Source of the DNA: Octopus bimaculoides
Taxonomy: Eukaryota
Length of the DNA: 64,000 nt
Assembly (NCBI RefSeq): GCF_001194135.2
Contig: NC_068983.1
Coordinates: 165,079,396 to 165,143,395 of the forward strand
Reading direction: 5' to 3'
Shown here: in pieces, positions 38,215 to 49,130 of the stretch
How the letters are laid out: the number at the start of each line of letters is the position of its first letter
How positions within the stretch are numbered: position 1 is the first letter of the stretch
Position numbers and translations under genes: made by a program
The notes under the pieces: generated by a model
The model's input: the letters and a program-made list of their open reading frames with translations, nothing else
What the model was told of the DNA's origin: nothing
Database searches by the model: none

Positions 38215-39087
38215 CGACGGTGAGTCAAAAAGTAATGCCATTTTGTTTAGAAACATGTATCATACATCAAAATGAAGCTGGGCTGGTCCTCTGTGAATCA
38301 CATCCCTACTTCTCAACATAGTCACCGTTTCTCTCAATAGCAATGTTCCACTTTCGAATGAGAGCATGTATCCCTGCCCCGTAAAATTCTGTTGATTGTT
38401 CTTTGAGCCACTTCTTCCCTATAGTTTTCATTTCCTCGTCACTGGACTATCATCTCTTAGGCCCTTAAAAGAGGGTTTGAGAGGCAAACATTATTCCAGT
38501 GATGAGGAANNNNNNNNNNAACAATATTAACCCCAACATCCAATTTACAATGGAATATAGCAAGGAACAACTCCCATTTCTGGACCTTTTGATTATAAAA
38601 AAAACCAACAACCAAATTGCAACTGACATCTACTACTAACCAACAGGCTCAAAACTATCTCCTTTTCAACTCATGCCATCCTAAACACACTAAAATAAAT
38701 ATCCTATTTAATCTAGCAAAAAGGATCTGAACAATTGTATCTGACACAACCACTTGGGAACTTCGCCTACAAGAACTCAAAATAACACTCATTGAACATC
38801 AATACCCACCTACACTTATAGAACATGGAATTAAACATGCCAAGAAATTGGACACAAATACACTAAGGACAACAAAACAAAACACCACAAGAACAGTCAA
38901 CAGAATTTTACTGGGTAGGGATACATGCTCTCATTCGAAGGTGGAACATTACTATTGAGAGAAACAGTGGCTATGTTGAGAAGTAGGGATGTGATCCACA
39001 AAGGACCAGCTTCATTTTGATGTATGATACATGTTCCCGTGTTGGTAATTATACCTGTCCTAAACATTACTTTTTGACTCACCCTCG
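38215..39087. mobile_element. Non-autonomous fold-back mariner derivative (two inverted mariner 3' ends) with TA duplication
   Basis: Left end TA|cgacggtgagtcaaaaagtaatg, right end cattactttttgactcaccctcg|TA. The left arm (minus strand) encodes SSDEEMKTIGKKWLKEQSTEFYGAGIHALIRKWNIAIERNGDYVEK*. The right arm (plus strand) encodes DYHLLGPLKEGLRGKHYSSDEE...EQSTEFYWVGIHALIRRWNITIERNSGYVEK*. Confidence 0.85.
38520..38888 (+). mobile_element. Penelope-like element RT fragment inside the mariner derivative
   Basis: NINPNIQFTMEYSKEQLPFLDLLIIKK..QIATDIYY*PT and HPKHTKINIPFNLAKRI*TIVSD...ELKITLIEHQYPPTLIEHGI, typical of the PLE RT thumb region. The 5' junction is hidden by a 10-N gap. Confidence 0.8.
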
Positions 39088-39481
39088 TATGCATCTTTTT
39101 CAGAATCATTAAGAATATCGAAGGCACTCTTTGTTCCTGTTGTAAGCTTATTCCTATTTGGCCATTATTTTTTTAGACCGATGGAGGTTCCTTGCTCTGC
39201 TGCCTCATGCACGTAAGAAAAAGGAAACTTTGTGAAGCCTGACTTTTGTCCAAACAACATGCAAATCAATTTTCAAGTCGCTGCAAATCATCCAGTTGTG
39301 ATCTTTGAATTTAATCTTGTGTAAGAGTGACACCAAATTTTCATGTTTCCTTCATGATCGCTGAGTGTCCATCAGCGATGGTAGCTTATCTTTTACCATT
39401 TTGCAGTAGAATAGCTTCTCTTAGAAGAGTCAATAGAGAGTTTCCATTTATCAACACTTATGCCAAACTTACGTTTTAGAC

Positions 39482-39598
39482 ATCATGGGCCTGTGTAATA
39501 AACCAAATCGTTTTCCACATTTATGGAATAGACGAAGGAGGAACTCGCCAGCATAGACAGAAAGACTAGGAAGATAATGGCTATGCATGGGTGCCTTG
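39482..39598 (+). mobile_element. Short R4/Dong-like RT fragment
   Basis: EELASIDRKTRKIMAMHGCL, homologous to ELEEMDRKT at about 29780-29810. Confidence 0.6.
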
Positions 39599-39636
39599 AT
39601 ATTATTATTATTGTTATTATTATTATTATTATTATT

Positions 39637-39691
39637 AAGACCGCGAGCTGGCAGAATCGTTAGCGCGTCGGACAAAATGCTTAGCAGCATT
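39637..39691 (+). mobile_element. Family A SINE head fragment
   Basis: aagaccgcgagctggcagaatcgttagcgcgtcggacaaaatgcttagcagcatt. Confidence 0.75.
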
Positions 39692-39904
39692 ACCTAATGA
39701 ATATCCTTCATTGGGTTTATTTAGTATCGTCAACGAAGGAATCAGTGCGATTGCAAACACAATCGCAGAGAAGTTGCCCTTTTGAAAGGTTCTCTTTCTG
39801 ATCTGCTAATCTGTATCTTCCTCATGTCAAGTCTTTTCTCCAATGTCTCATTGCATTTTCTCACGGCTATCTGACGTATTTTTGATCATCCCCTGAATTT
39901 TATA

Positions 39905-39949
<45 letters not shown>

Positions 39950-40759
39950 GCTTCCCACTCTTCATTACTTCACGCTAGTATTTTTCCACAGACTTTTCGA
40001 TATTTAAACATTTATCTACAATACTTATTCAATGTCCACTTCCATTCACGCGGTTTGTTTCCATACACAGATTTATCTACGAAAATACCTAAACTAAACA
40101 TAATCACAACTTTTACTTTATTTTTCTTTTTATTTCCGTTTCTTTTTTTCTTTTTTGATATATAATATTCGATTATTAACTTTAACCGTTTCACAAATTA
40201 AGTTCTTCGTTGAAATAACAAATTTTTTCGTAAAAATTCAGTCTCTTAACTTTCACCAAATTGTTTTTTTCATTAAGCTGGTTTCTAACATTTCGTTATA
40301 ATTAATATTTAAGTTAAATCAATTACTTTACTAATCATAATCTTGCTAATTATATTTCAATTTTAAAAATGCTTTAACTGCTTAGTAACAACTTTTAAAA
40401 TGTTTTGTTTTGTGTTGTTTTTTTTCAGTTATTTACATTCTATTATTTATTTATTGTTCGTACAACTAATATTTCGTCGTTTGATATTAAGTTTTAATTG
40501 TTAGTTATGATTTAGTTATGATTTTAAATAATAATATTTTATGAATAATTGAACTAACCTCTTTCGCATTATCTTCCTTTCGACTTCTATTGCAGTCTAA
40601 TGCTTACAGACATTTAATATTTTCAAGTTACTTACGTTCTGAGTTCGAATTTCGCCGAGGTCAGAATTTGGCTTCAATAAACCATATTGTCTACAACATG
40701 GATTGAGTATTTCTCTCATTTTTTAAAAAATATAATCCAACGATCGTCTACAACTATAT

Positions 40760-41055
40760 AGTGGAGGTACATGGCCTAATAGTTAGAGCAGTCGTCGAGG
40801 GATCGCGGGTTCGAATCTCAGACCGGGCGATGTGTGTGCTTATGAGCAAAACACCTAAGCTGCATGCGGCTCCAGCAGAAGATAATGGCGAACTTCTACA
40901 GACTCTTTCGTCTCAACTTTCTATCACTCTTTCTTCCTGCATCTAGCAGTTCAGCTGAGACGAACCGGTGTCCCGTCCAGGTGGGGAACCTACACGCCAA
41001 GAAACCGGGGAACCGGCCCTTATGAGCCAGGCATGGCTCGAGAAGGAATAAACAA
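40760..41055 (+). mobile_element. tRNA-derived SINE, family E (family D-like head, distinct tail)
   Basis: Head gtggaggtacatggcctaatagttagagcag...gggttcgaatctcagaccgggcg; tail gaaaccggggaaccggcccttatgagccaggcatggctcgagaaggaataaacaac; second copy at 55815-56112 (-). Confidence 0.85.
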
Positions 41056-41987
41056 CTACATACATACATATTGACGTGCACTGCACTCACCAGATCAGTG
41101 AGCGTAAAAATAATAAAAGCACTCAGTCANNNNNNNNNNNNNNNNNNNNNNNNNNNNNNNNNNNNNNNNNNNNNNNNNNNNNNNNNNNNNNNNNNNNNNN
41201 NNNNNNNNNNNNNNNNNNNNNNNNNNNNNNNNNNNNNNNNNNNNNNNNNNNNNNNNNNNNNNNNNNNNNNNNNNNNNNNNNNNNNNNNNNNNNNNNNNNN
41301 NNNNNNNNNNNNNNNNNNNNNNNNNNNNNNNNNNNNNNNNNNNNNNNNNNNNNNNNNNNNNNNNNNNNNNNNNNNNNNNNNNNNNNNNNNNNNNNNNNNN
41401 NNNNNNNNNNNNNNNNNNNNNNNNNNNNNNNNNNNNNNNNNNNNNNNNNNNNNNNNNNNNNNNNNNNNNNNNNNNNNNNNNNNNNNNNNNNNNNNNNNNN
41501 NNNNNNNNNNNNNNNNNNNNNNNNNNNNNNNNNNNNNNNNNNNNNNNNNNNNNNNNNNNNNNNNNNNNNNNNNNNNNNNNNNNNNNNNNNNNNNNNNNNN
41601 NNNNNNNNNNNNNNNNNNNNNNNNNNNNNNNNNNNNNNNNNNNNNNNNNNNNNNNNNNNNNNNNNNNNNNNNNNNNNNNNNNNNNNNNNNNNNNNNNNNN
41701 NNNNNNNNNNNNNNNNNNNNNNNNNNNNNNNNNNNNNNNNNNNNNNNNNNNNNNNNNNNNNNNNNNNNNNNNNNNNNNNNNNNNNNNNNNNNNNNNNNNN
41801 NNNNNNNNNNNNNNNNNNNNNNNNNNNNNNNNNNNNNNNNNNNNNNNNNNNNNNNNNNNNNNNNNNNNNNNNNNNNNNNNNNNNNNNNNNNNNNNNNNNN
41901 NNNNNNNNNNNNNNNNNNNNNNNNNNNNNNNNNNNNNNNNNNNNNNNNNNNNNNNNNNNNNNNNNNNNNNNNNNNNNNNNNNNNNNN

Positions 41988-42200
41988 TTTCAAAAATTAA
42001 GTAAAAAGACAGGAAAAATAATCCAAAATCCTTATCCGGTACCGGATCGATCCCAAAATCTAATCAGGGTATGCCAGTCATGAGGCCAAACTTCCCTGAA
42101 AGTTTCATCCGAATCCATCCAGCGGTTCTTTAGATATTTTGTCCACGGGCAAACAAACAAACAAACAAACACAACTGAAAACAATACCTCCGCCTCCGCA
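41988..42200 (+). mobile_element. 3' part of a non-autonomous Helentron-like (HINE/DINE-type) element
   Basis: gaaagtttcatccgaatccatccagcggttctttagatatttt...(caaa)n...gaaaacaatacctccgcctccg, the layout of internal microsatellite plus subterminal hairpin start seen in such elements. The 5' part is in the gap. Confidence 0.55.
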
Positions 42201-42772
42201 CACACACACACACACACACATACGTACATGCATGCATACATACATACATATTGACGTGCACTGCACTCACCAGATCAGTGAGCGTAAAAATAATAAAAGC
42301 ACTCAGTCATCCATGTGAGACCAATATAATTTATGAAAACAATACATTTTTATTACTGTTTATTTATTTTTAGTTCGTCTTTTCCAATTATCATTTTGTT
42401 TGTTTTTTTTTTTATGTCTTTCAACATAGTAGATTCTAATCAATTTAGAAATCGCTAGAAATTGCTAACCTCCGTTTCGACCACAAATTTCATTGTCATT
42501 GTGTTGTAGGTTGTATGTGGGCGGTAATGTCTATCAAGACAAGAATCAACCACAGGATATAAAGAGCTACATACGGAAACTAAATATCATTCCAAAGCCT
42601 TCCTTCTTTTCCTTAAAACCCATTATTCTTAATTTTACTCCATGATTTCAGTCAGGAGAATATTTCTCCATAAACAGTTCCACCTCTATTTCTAACCGTG
42701 TCGCTACAATCATAATCACAGCTCAACACCAGGGTGTTACAATATCGTTCTTTCTTGTTCTCTGCATTTTCT

Positions 42773-42820
<48 letters not shown>

Positions 42821-42826
42821 TATATA

Positions 42827-44114
42827 CAGGGGTCGGACAAAATAATGGAAACACCTTAAAATTTCAAACAAATTTATATTAATATGTTAATATCTTAATA
42901 TGGGGTAGGGCCGCCTTTGGCAGCAACTACAGCATGAATTTCTACGAGGTGTGGACTTGTATAAAGTTTGAATTGTTTCCAAAGTAATTTTTGTCCGTTC
43001 TTCAGCTAAAATAGTCTCCAGTTCTTGTAGTGATGATGGTGGAGGATATCGATTCCTTACTGGTTTTTCTAAAATGCACCATAAATGTTCAATAATATTG
43101 AGATCTAAGAACTGTGGTGGCCAGATAAGATGTTCAACTTCACTAGAATGTTCCTTGTGCCATTCAGTAGCAACTTTAGCTGAGGGAATTGGTGCATTAT
43201 CATCCTGAAAGATTGGGTTTCCCTCCGGAAACAGTTCTGCAACCATAGGATGAATTTGATCTGATAAAATGCTTACATAGTCTTGACTATTAATTCTGCC
43301 ATGAAGGGAAACCACTGGGCTGGCGGATTTCCACGATATAGTCCCCAGATCATCACAGATCCTCCTCCATGTTTAACAGTTGGAAGAAGTCAGTCTGAGT
43401 CAAATGCTTCTTTTTGGATGTCTCCACACGGATACTCGGCTGGTGGTCGGAAATATGGTAAAGGATAACTCGTCCGAGAAAATAACATTCTTTCACTGCT
43501 CTAGGGACCAATTCCGTAGGTTTTTACTCTACTCTAAACGCTTTGCAATGTTTATTTTTGAAAGTAGTGGTTTTCTGATTGTAGCCATCCTATGAAATCC
43601 AGCTTTGTGCAGCTGCCAGCAAACAGTTTTTGTGGAAACTGGGTTCTCGAGGTGGTCATTAAGCTCTGCAGTAATTTGGGGTGCTGTACTTTTGTGATCC
43701 TTTCTAACAATTCGCATAAGAGTCCGACGGTCCCTATCGGAAAGTTTTGGTTTTCTTCCGGAGTTTTGTTTCGGCGAGGAGGGTTTTCCCTCTTCGCCAA
43801 AGGCTGTCATTACTTTTGAGACAGTACTTCTTGATACACCAAACATTTCTGCTGTTTTCGTTACGCTAGCGCCTACCATACGAACACCAACAATTTGACC
43901 TCTTTGAAAGTCCGTTAGATCTGTCATTTTAATGAATTTTAATAACCTTTTTCTGATGATGTATGAAAAGAAACAGCAATTTTAGCAAAATATATTAAGC
44001 AACACTAATAATAAATAAAAAAACAAAAACAAACAAGCTTTTGACGGTTTTATAGATATTTCAAAATTATGATGTTATGGTGCTAGGTGTTTCCATTATT
44101 TTGAACAACCCCTG
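42827..44114 (-). mobile_element. Full-length (1288 bp) Tc1-superfamily transposon with DD36E spacing
   Basis: 30-bp TIRs caggggtcggacaaaataatggaaacacct and (reverse complement) caggggttgttcaaaataatggaaacacct; TA on both sides; a single decayed transposase gene. Confidence 0.93.
42887..43927 (-). pseudogene. Tc1-type DDE transposase pseudogene (346 codons plus stop if repaired)
   Basis: Paired-like HTH (MTDLTDFQRGQIVG...SGRKPKLSDRDRR), VIFSDE, PTVKHGGGSVMIWG, FQDDNAPI, WPPQFLDLNIIEHLW. I count 36 residues between the second D and E. There are W>stop changes and compensating frameshifts between 43315 and 43530. Confidence 0.9.
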
Positions 44115-44281
44115 TATATGTATGTGTACATATATGTGCGCATGTATAGATGAACAAAATATATATGTATATATATATGTGTGTGTGTGTGTGTACACAC
44201 ACACTCCCACACACACACACACTCGCACACGCGTACACACTCGCGCGCGCACACACACACACTCGCACACGCGTACACACT

Positions 44282-44324
<43 letters not shown>

Positions 44325-44489
44325 GCACACAGATATATAAACAGACAGTCCAACAGACAGACAGACAGACAGACAGACAGATAGATAGATAGATAGATAC
44401 ATACATACACAATGCTAGTTGTCTACAGGGCAGTAACTTTGACAAGGAATAGAAAAAAGAAAAAGGAGATTGCGACTTTTGTGACGTGG

Positions 44490-44782
44490 ATGTCAAATGT
44501 AGTTCTCTTCTTTTTCTCTCCTCTGTATCCTGCAAAATAACCTGGAAAGACTGGGCTGGAAATGCTGTGACGCTAGAAAAGCTGAAATTCCAAAGACACT
44601 TATTGTCGAGAACCAAGTCATACATCCGCCATATGCACAACGAGTCGTCGTCCGAAATCATCGTCACGAGAATCGCCGAGAGAAGGAGAACAAAATGTCG
44701 CCAAAAACGTTGTTTGTGGGCTGACGACATCGAAGAATGCACTGGAAGCAAGAGCCTGGCCGGTTGTATGCATGCACTCTAA
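44490..44782 (+). mobile_element. Ancient RTE LINE fragment (RT C-terminus)
   Basis: KITWKDWAGNAVTLEKLKFQRHLL...KCRQKRCLWADDIEECTG resembles the RTE C-terminal ISW.D and GR.R..W.DDI motifs. Confidence 0.6.
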
Positions 44783-45063
44783 AAGTGAAAGCTTAATAAC
44801 CACATTCATCCAATCTAAATATAGGCAGGATTAACCACTAACTTTAAAATTATAACTACAACAAAGAAACACACTAATCTACGAACATCTGTATCGGTAT
44901 TAACAGTTAACCTACAATAACTAAATCATATACTAAATAGCGACCAATCTTTAAGTCCATATAAATAATAATCCCACCAGTCTTCCATAGTTACTACTAT
45001 AATTTTTTTTTAAAAAGTGAAAGCTTTTTATTCAATTCTCTCCAAAACAAAACGCAGAATTGT

Positions 45064-45257
45064 TAGCAGGCGGGACGAAATGCTGAGCGGTATTTCGTCT
45101 CGTCTTTACGTTGTGGGTTCAAATTCCACCGAGGTCGATTTTCACTTACTTCCTTTCAGGGTCGATTAACGATTACCTACTTGAATACTTGAGCCAATAT
45201 AATCGACTTACTCTCCTCCCTCGAAATTTCTGGCCTTGTGCCAAAATTTGAAACCAT
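45064..45257 (+). mobile_element. Family A SINE (5'-truncated)
   Basis: gggacgaaatgctgagcggtatttcgtc...gggttcaaattccaccgaggtcga...ggccttgtgccaaaatttgaaacc. Confidence 0.8.
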
Positions 45258-45261
45258 TATA

Positions 45262-45298
<37 letters not shown>

Positions 45299-45822
45299 GG
45301 GAGGAGTGAAGTATAATGTTTTTAGATAAATATCCAATATTAGCTTTTAGCTTTCCTGCAAAGAGAGTAAAGATAGCGATTGGAGCAGAGTTTTTATTTT
45401 TGCCTATAAACAAGGAAGTAACTAAGCTGATCCATCTATTTTACATAGCATTGCTGATAACGGCGATTAATTCATTCATACATTATTGCACTACACAGCT
45501 GTTTTGGATAATTTCAAATGTAAGATATACATTCTGTAACAGATAAAACATGAGATGTAGCCATCTTGTTTAATAGATAAAATCTGTGGCGCAACCAATT
45601 TGTTTCCTTTAAACCGTGAGGCTGTATAAAGTAAACAATTGTATGTTTACTAAAACAAAATTATACTTAGAATTTTAAATTTGCCAAAAAAACACTGCGT
45701 AGCGTTCTGTGACTCAGTTAATTAAAGAACGTTGCCTAAACATTCTTTGTTATGCAAATTAAACTCAGGAGTTTATTAATTCATGCCTTACATTTTAAAT
45801 CATTTAGAAAGCAAGTGGTGTT

Positions 45823-46168
45823 CCGTCGGTTACGACGACGAGGGTTCCAGTTGATCCGTTCGATGGAACAGCCTGCGTGTGAATTTAACAAGCAGGTGGC
45901 TGAGCTCTCCACGGACACGCATAATTTTTAACATAAGTCTCAGAGAATTTCAGCGAGACAAAATATCACAAAGCTGGACATTTCAATTACAGGTACAACT
46001 CATTTTTGCCAGCTGAGTGGACTGGAGCAATGTGGAATAAACTGTCTTGCTCAACGACACAATGCGCTGCCGGGAATCGAGCTCAACGACACAATGCGCT
46101 GCCGGGAATCGAGCTCACGATCTTACAATCTTAGGCGGAATCCCCAAACCACTAAACAACGCGCCTTC
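45823..46168 (-). mobile_element. Family C SINE with an internal 32-bp tandem duplication
   Basis: Matches the other family C copies; gctcaacgacacaatgcgctgccgggaatcga occurs at 46049-46080 and 46081-46112. Confidence 0.88.
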
Positions 46169-46184
46169 ACGGGTTATTAATTAC

Positions 46185-46290
46185 TGTAGGGCGCATAACC
46201 TCATGGTTAAAATGTTGGTCCTGCAATCTTAAGAACGTGCGATCAATTCCTGACTGGGCGACGCGCTGTGTCCTTGAGCAAGTCTCTTTG
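46185..46290 (+). mobile_element. Family C-like SINE head fragment, head-to-head with the previous copy
   Basis: gggcgcataacctcatggttaaaatg...gatcaattcctgactgggcgacgcgctgtgtccttgagcaag. Confidence 0.6.
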
Positions 46291-46372
46291 TTTCTCAGCC
46301 TAAACCATGTTGGGTTTCTTCTATCAATGTGTAACAAAGTAATATCTCATCTTGATTCCATGATTAACGAGA

Positions 46373-46524
46373 AATGACTGCGTGGTTAACAAGTTCGCTT
46401 TGAAGCCACGTGACTTCGGGTTCAGCCCCAGTGCGCAAACACCTTGAACACGTGTCTTCTACTACAGCACCGGACAAACTTATGCCCTTTGAGCGAAGTT
46501 GGTAAGACAAAAACTGTGCGGAAG

Positions 46525-46577
<53 letters not shown>

Positions 46578-46765
46578 TTGTGTTTGCTCCCACTGCTTGA
46601 AAACCGGTTTTAGTTTGTTAACCTACGTAAACTAGCGGTTCGGCAAAAGAAACCGATAGAATAAGTGCCATACTTAATAAAAGCGTATGTGCTGAAGTCG
46701 AATTGATCGATTAAACTTTTAAAGGCCGTGCTCCAGTATGGTCGTAGTCCAAAGATTGAAACAAA
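46373..46765 (+). mobile_element. Family B SINE
   Basis: atgactgcgtggttaacaagttcgct...gggttcagccccagtgcg...accttgaacacgtgtcttctacta...ggttcggcaaaagaaaccgatagaataagt...gtgctccagtatggtcgtagtc. Confidence 0.8.
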
Positions 46766-47732
46766 AGATAAAAGAACTCTTCATCCTGTGATGAGGTTTA
46801 TTGATTTTCTGTGTTGGTTCATTCATTCATTGATAACAGCATTATTCAACTTTCAGATTTTGACACAAGGCCAGCACTTTGGAAGGAAGGATAAAAAGCG
46901 AGTGCCATGCTTTCTGTTTTGAGGAGCCTATGTTCTAGACGAACCCTGGGGCAGTGGTTCTCCGCTGGGGTCAATATGAACCTTGGGGGCCCATACAATT
47001 TTTTGTTGTTAGAATTGATGTCCGGTTATACTTTTACAACACGCAAAATATTTGGTAATTTTTTATACAATTCCTCAATCTAATTATTAAAAAATCTAAT
47101 TATAAAAAAATGAGATTTTTTTAAGCATCAAATGGCTACGAGGTTTCACTCGATTAAAATAGGAACCAAAGGGGTTCACAGTCAAAACATTGCTCTAAGC
47201 CCTCTTATCTTTGAGGCAGTTTAACTTTTGAAACATGACCGCTGAACAGAGAGAGAGAGGGGGGGTGCAACACGAGCACTTGCTTGGTACTAGTTTTTCA
47301 ATTGAGCGCACAAGAAAGAAAGATCTTACTCAAGGACATAACATGCTGCTCGGCTCCGGAATCGAACCAACAATCTTGTAATCGTAAATCCAGCAGTTCA
47401 ACCACAATGCCATGCACCTCTGTAGAATTTCGTAACCTAATAATTCAGAAATGCAGCTGATAAGTCCGTAGTCTGAAAGTAATTATCAATGTATTTACAG
47501 ATATGTGTAATTTAAAATGCGGTAATCTTAAATATATATAAATATATATTTAAACTGTAGCCTTGATATAGAATTATTTTTAACCAGGATTGATAACCGC
47601 AAAACAAAATCGAGGAAATTTGATGCTTTTAATGTGGGGAGGGGAAATCATTAAATAATTTCTATAAATTAAAGAGTCTGCTGAGTCTGTTGATCATTTG
47701 TTCATTTTTATATTAATATCAGGTTTAATTTT

Positions 47733-47950
47733 CAAGGCGGCGAGCTGCCTGAAACGTTAGCACGCCGGGCGAAATGCTTAGCGGTATTTCGTCTCTTTTT
47801 ACGTACTGATATCAAATTCCGCCGAGGTCGACTTTGCTTTTCATCCTTTCGCGATCGATAAATTAAGTACCAGTTGCGTACTGGGTCGATCTAATCGACT
47901 GGCCCCCTTCTCTGCAAAACATTTCAGGCCTTGTCCCTAGAGTAGAAAAG
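47733..47950 (+). mobile_element. Family A SINE (full length) with target-site duplication
   Basis: aaggcggcgagctgcctgaaacgttagcacgccgggcgaaatgcttagcgg...agagtagaaaag; 18-bp TSD with 2 mismatches, aatatcaggtttaatttt (47715-47732) and aatatcaggttcaatgtt (47951-47968). Confidence 0.92.
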
Positions 47951-48210
47951 AATATCAGGTTCAATGTTTGACAAATGGTGCCTCAGGTTTCATCTTTTCT
48001 TTATTTACAATAAATTTCATTATTTATTTAACAATTATAACATGACATTGCATCCTCTCTCGAATGAAAAAGGTAATACAATGAGCAGCTATTTTATCTC
48101 GTGTTACAATTAATGCTTATTTAACAAATCGTTATATGCATGGTGAACAGTGAGAATCAAAATGACGATTAGCAGATTTGTTCTAAACACTTTCCGGTAG
48201 ATTCGGATGC

Positions 48211-48290
48211 GAATATGCTAATCGTTGTTCTGTTTCATCACAAGAGGGCGTCGTCTCCTGTGACGAAACTTAACAGCGATTAGCATATTC
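48211..48290. other. 80-nt hairpin (36-bp stem, 8-nt loop)
   Basis: Arms 48211-48246 and 48255-48290 pair with 31 Watson-Crick pairs, 1 G-U and 4 mismatches on the plus strand (manual alignment). Confidence 0.85.
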
Positions 48291-48920
48291 CCGTTCAAAG
48301 CACCCGGAATGCATTAAACACAAATATGCACGGATTGTTATCGCTACTTGTTCTGCATATTTAGCCAGAATTTACTCACTTTCTCGAAACAGTTCATGAG
48401 CTCCAAATCATATTGTTAGTTTATTTAATTTTCCAAGTAGCTTTGGAAGAGCTAAAATATGTTTGGGAAAGAATAGTTTTATGGTATAACTGGCTATTGT
48501 CGTTCATTAGTGCCTTTAACTTTAGCCATCATACGATCGCTCGGTGTGTGAAGAACCGATGTCATTCATACCCAATGTATTTTCATGCATTTTCCGCGAG
48601 AAAACATTTCTCTCGCGGTTATTCCCGCAGCGAAAGATCGACCACTATGGTTGGACACGATGATATCCTCTTCAATGTTGCTTTGTGTGACTCTAGACAC
48701 GGAAATTTTTGTTCATCTTCATAATAAAGTTTCCGAAAACAAGAGCTGTTATTCAACAGATGAACTTTATTTTAGTCGCTACTTCAATAACACGCTGAAT
48801 TGGAACTATTCTTGTTAAATATCTTATAAATCCACGACCTCAAATAACACTGTTCCTACTTTATCAGGACATGCTTTATCTTTTGGGAGATAAATATTTT
48901 TATTGTTAATGAAATGTTTT

Positions 48921-49130
48921 AAGGCCACCAGCTTGTAGAATCCTTAGCACGCCGAACACAAATGTTTAGCGGCATTTCGTCCGATTTTACGCTCTGAATT
49001 CCACCACAGTGGTTTTTATCTTCGATCTTTTAGGGGTCAATAAAACAAGTACCAGTTGAGCTGTGGGGTTGATGTTATCGACTTAACCCCTCAACCAAAA
49101 TTTCGGGCCTTGTGACTATGGCAGAAAGGC
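48921..49130 (+). mobile_element. Family A SINE (diverged)
   Basis: aaggccaccagcttgtagaatccttagcacgccg...atttcgggccttgtgactatggcagaaagg. Confidence 0.8.

Larger units (their letters stand above)
37890..39478 (-). pseudogene. Decayed DNA transposase (Chapaev3/CMC-like by my recollection of the motifs), split by a mariner derivative
   Basis: N-part (39478-39090): KWKLSIDSSKRS, AILLQNG, GHSAIMKET, HNWMICSDLK, CMLFGQKSGFTKFP, SRARNLH, WPNRNKLTTGTK, LNDSEKDA. C-part (38212-37890): ISFKDVTKNF, KMSIEVYFL..NFDFF, ESEKLDGKFHQD, RYQGRWN. The family name is not verified. Confidence 0.6.
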
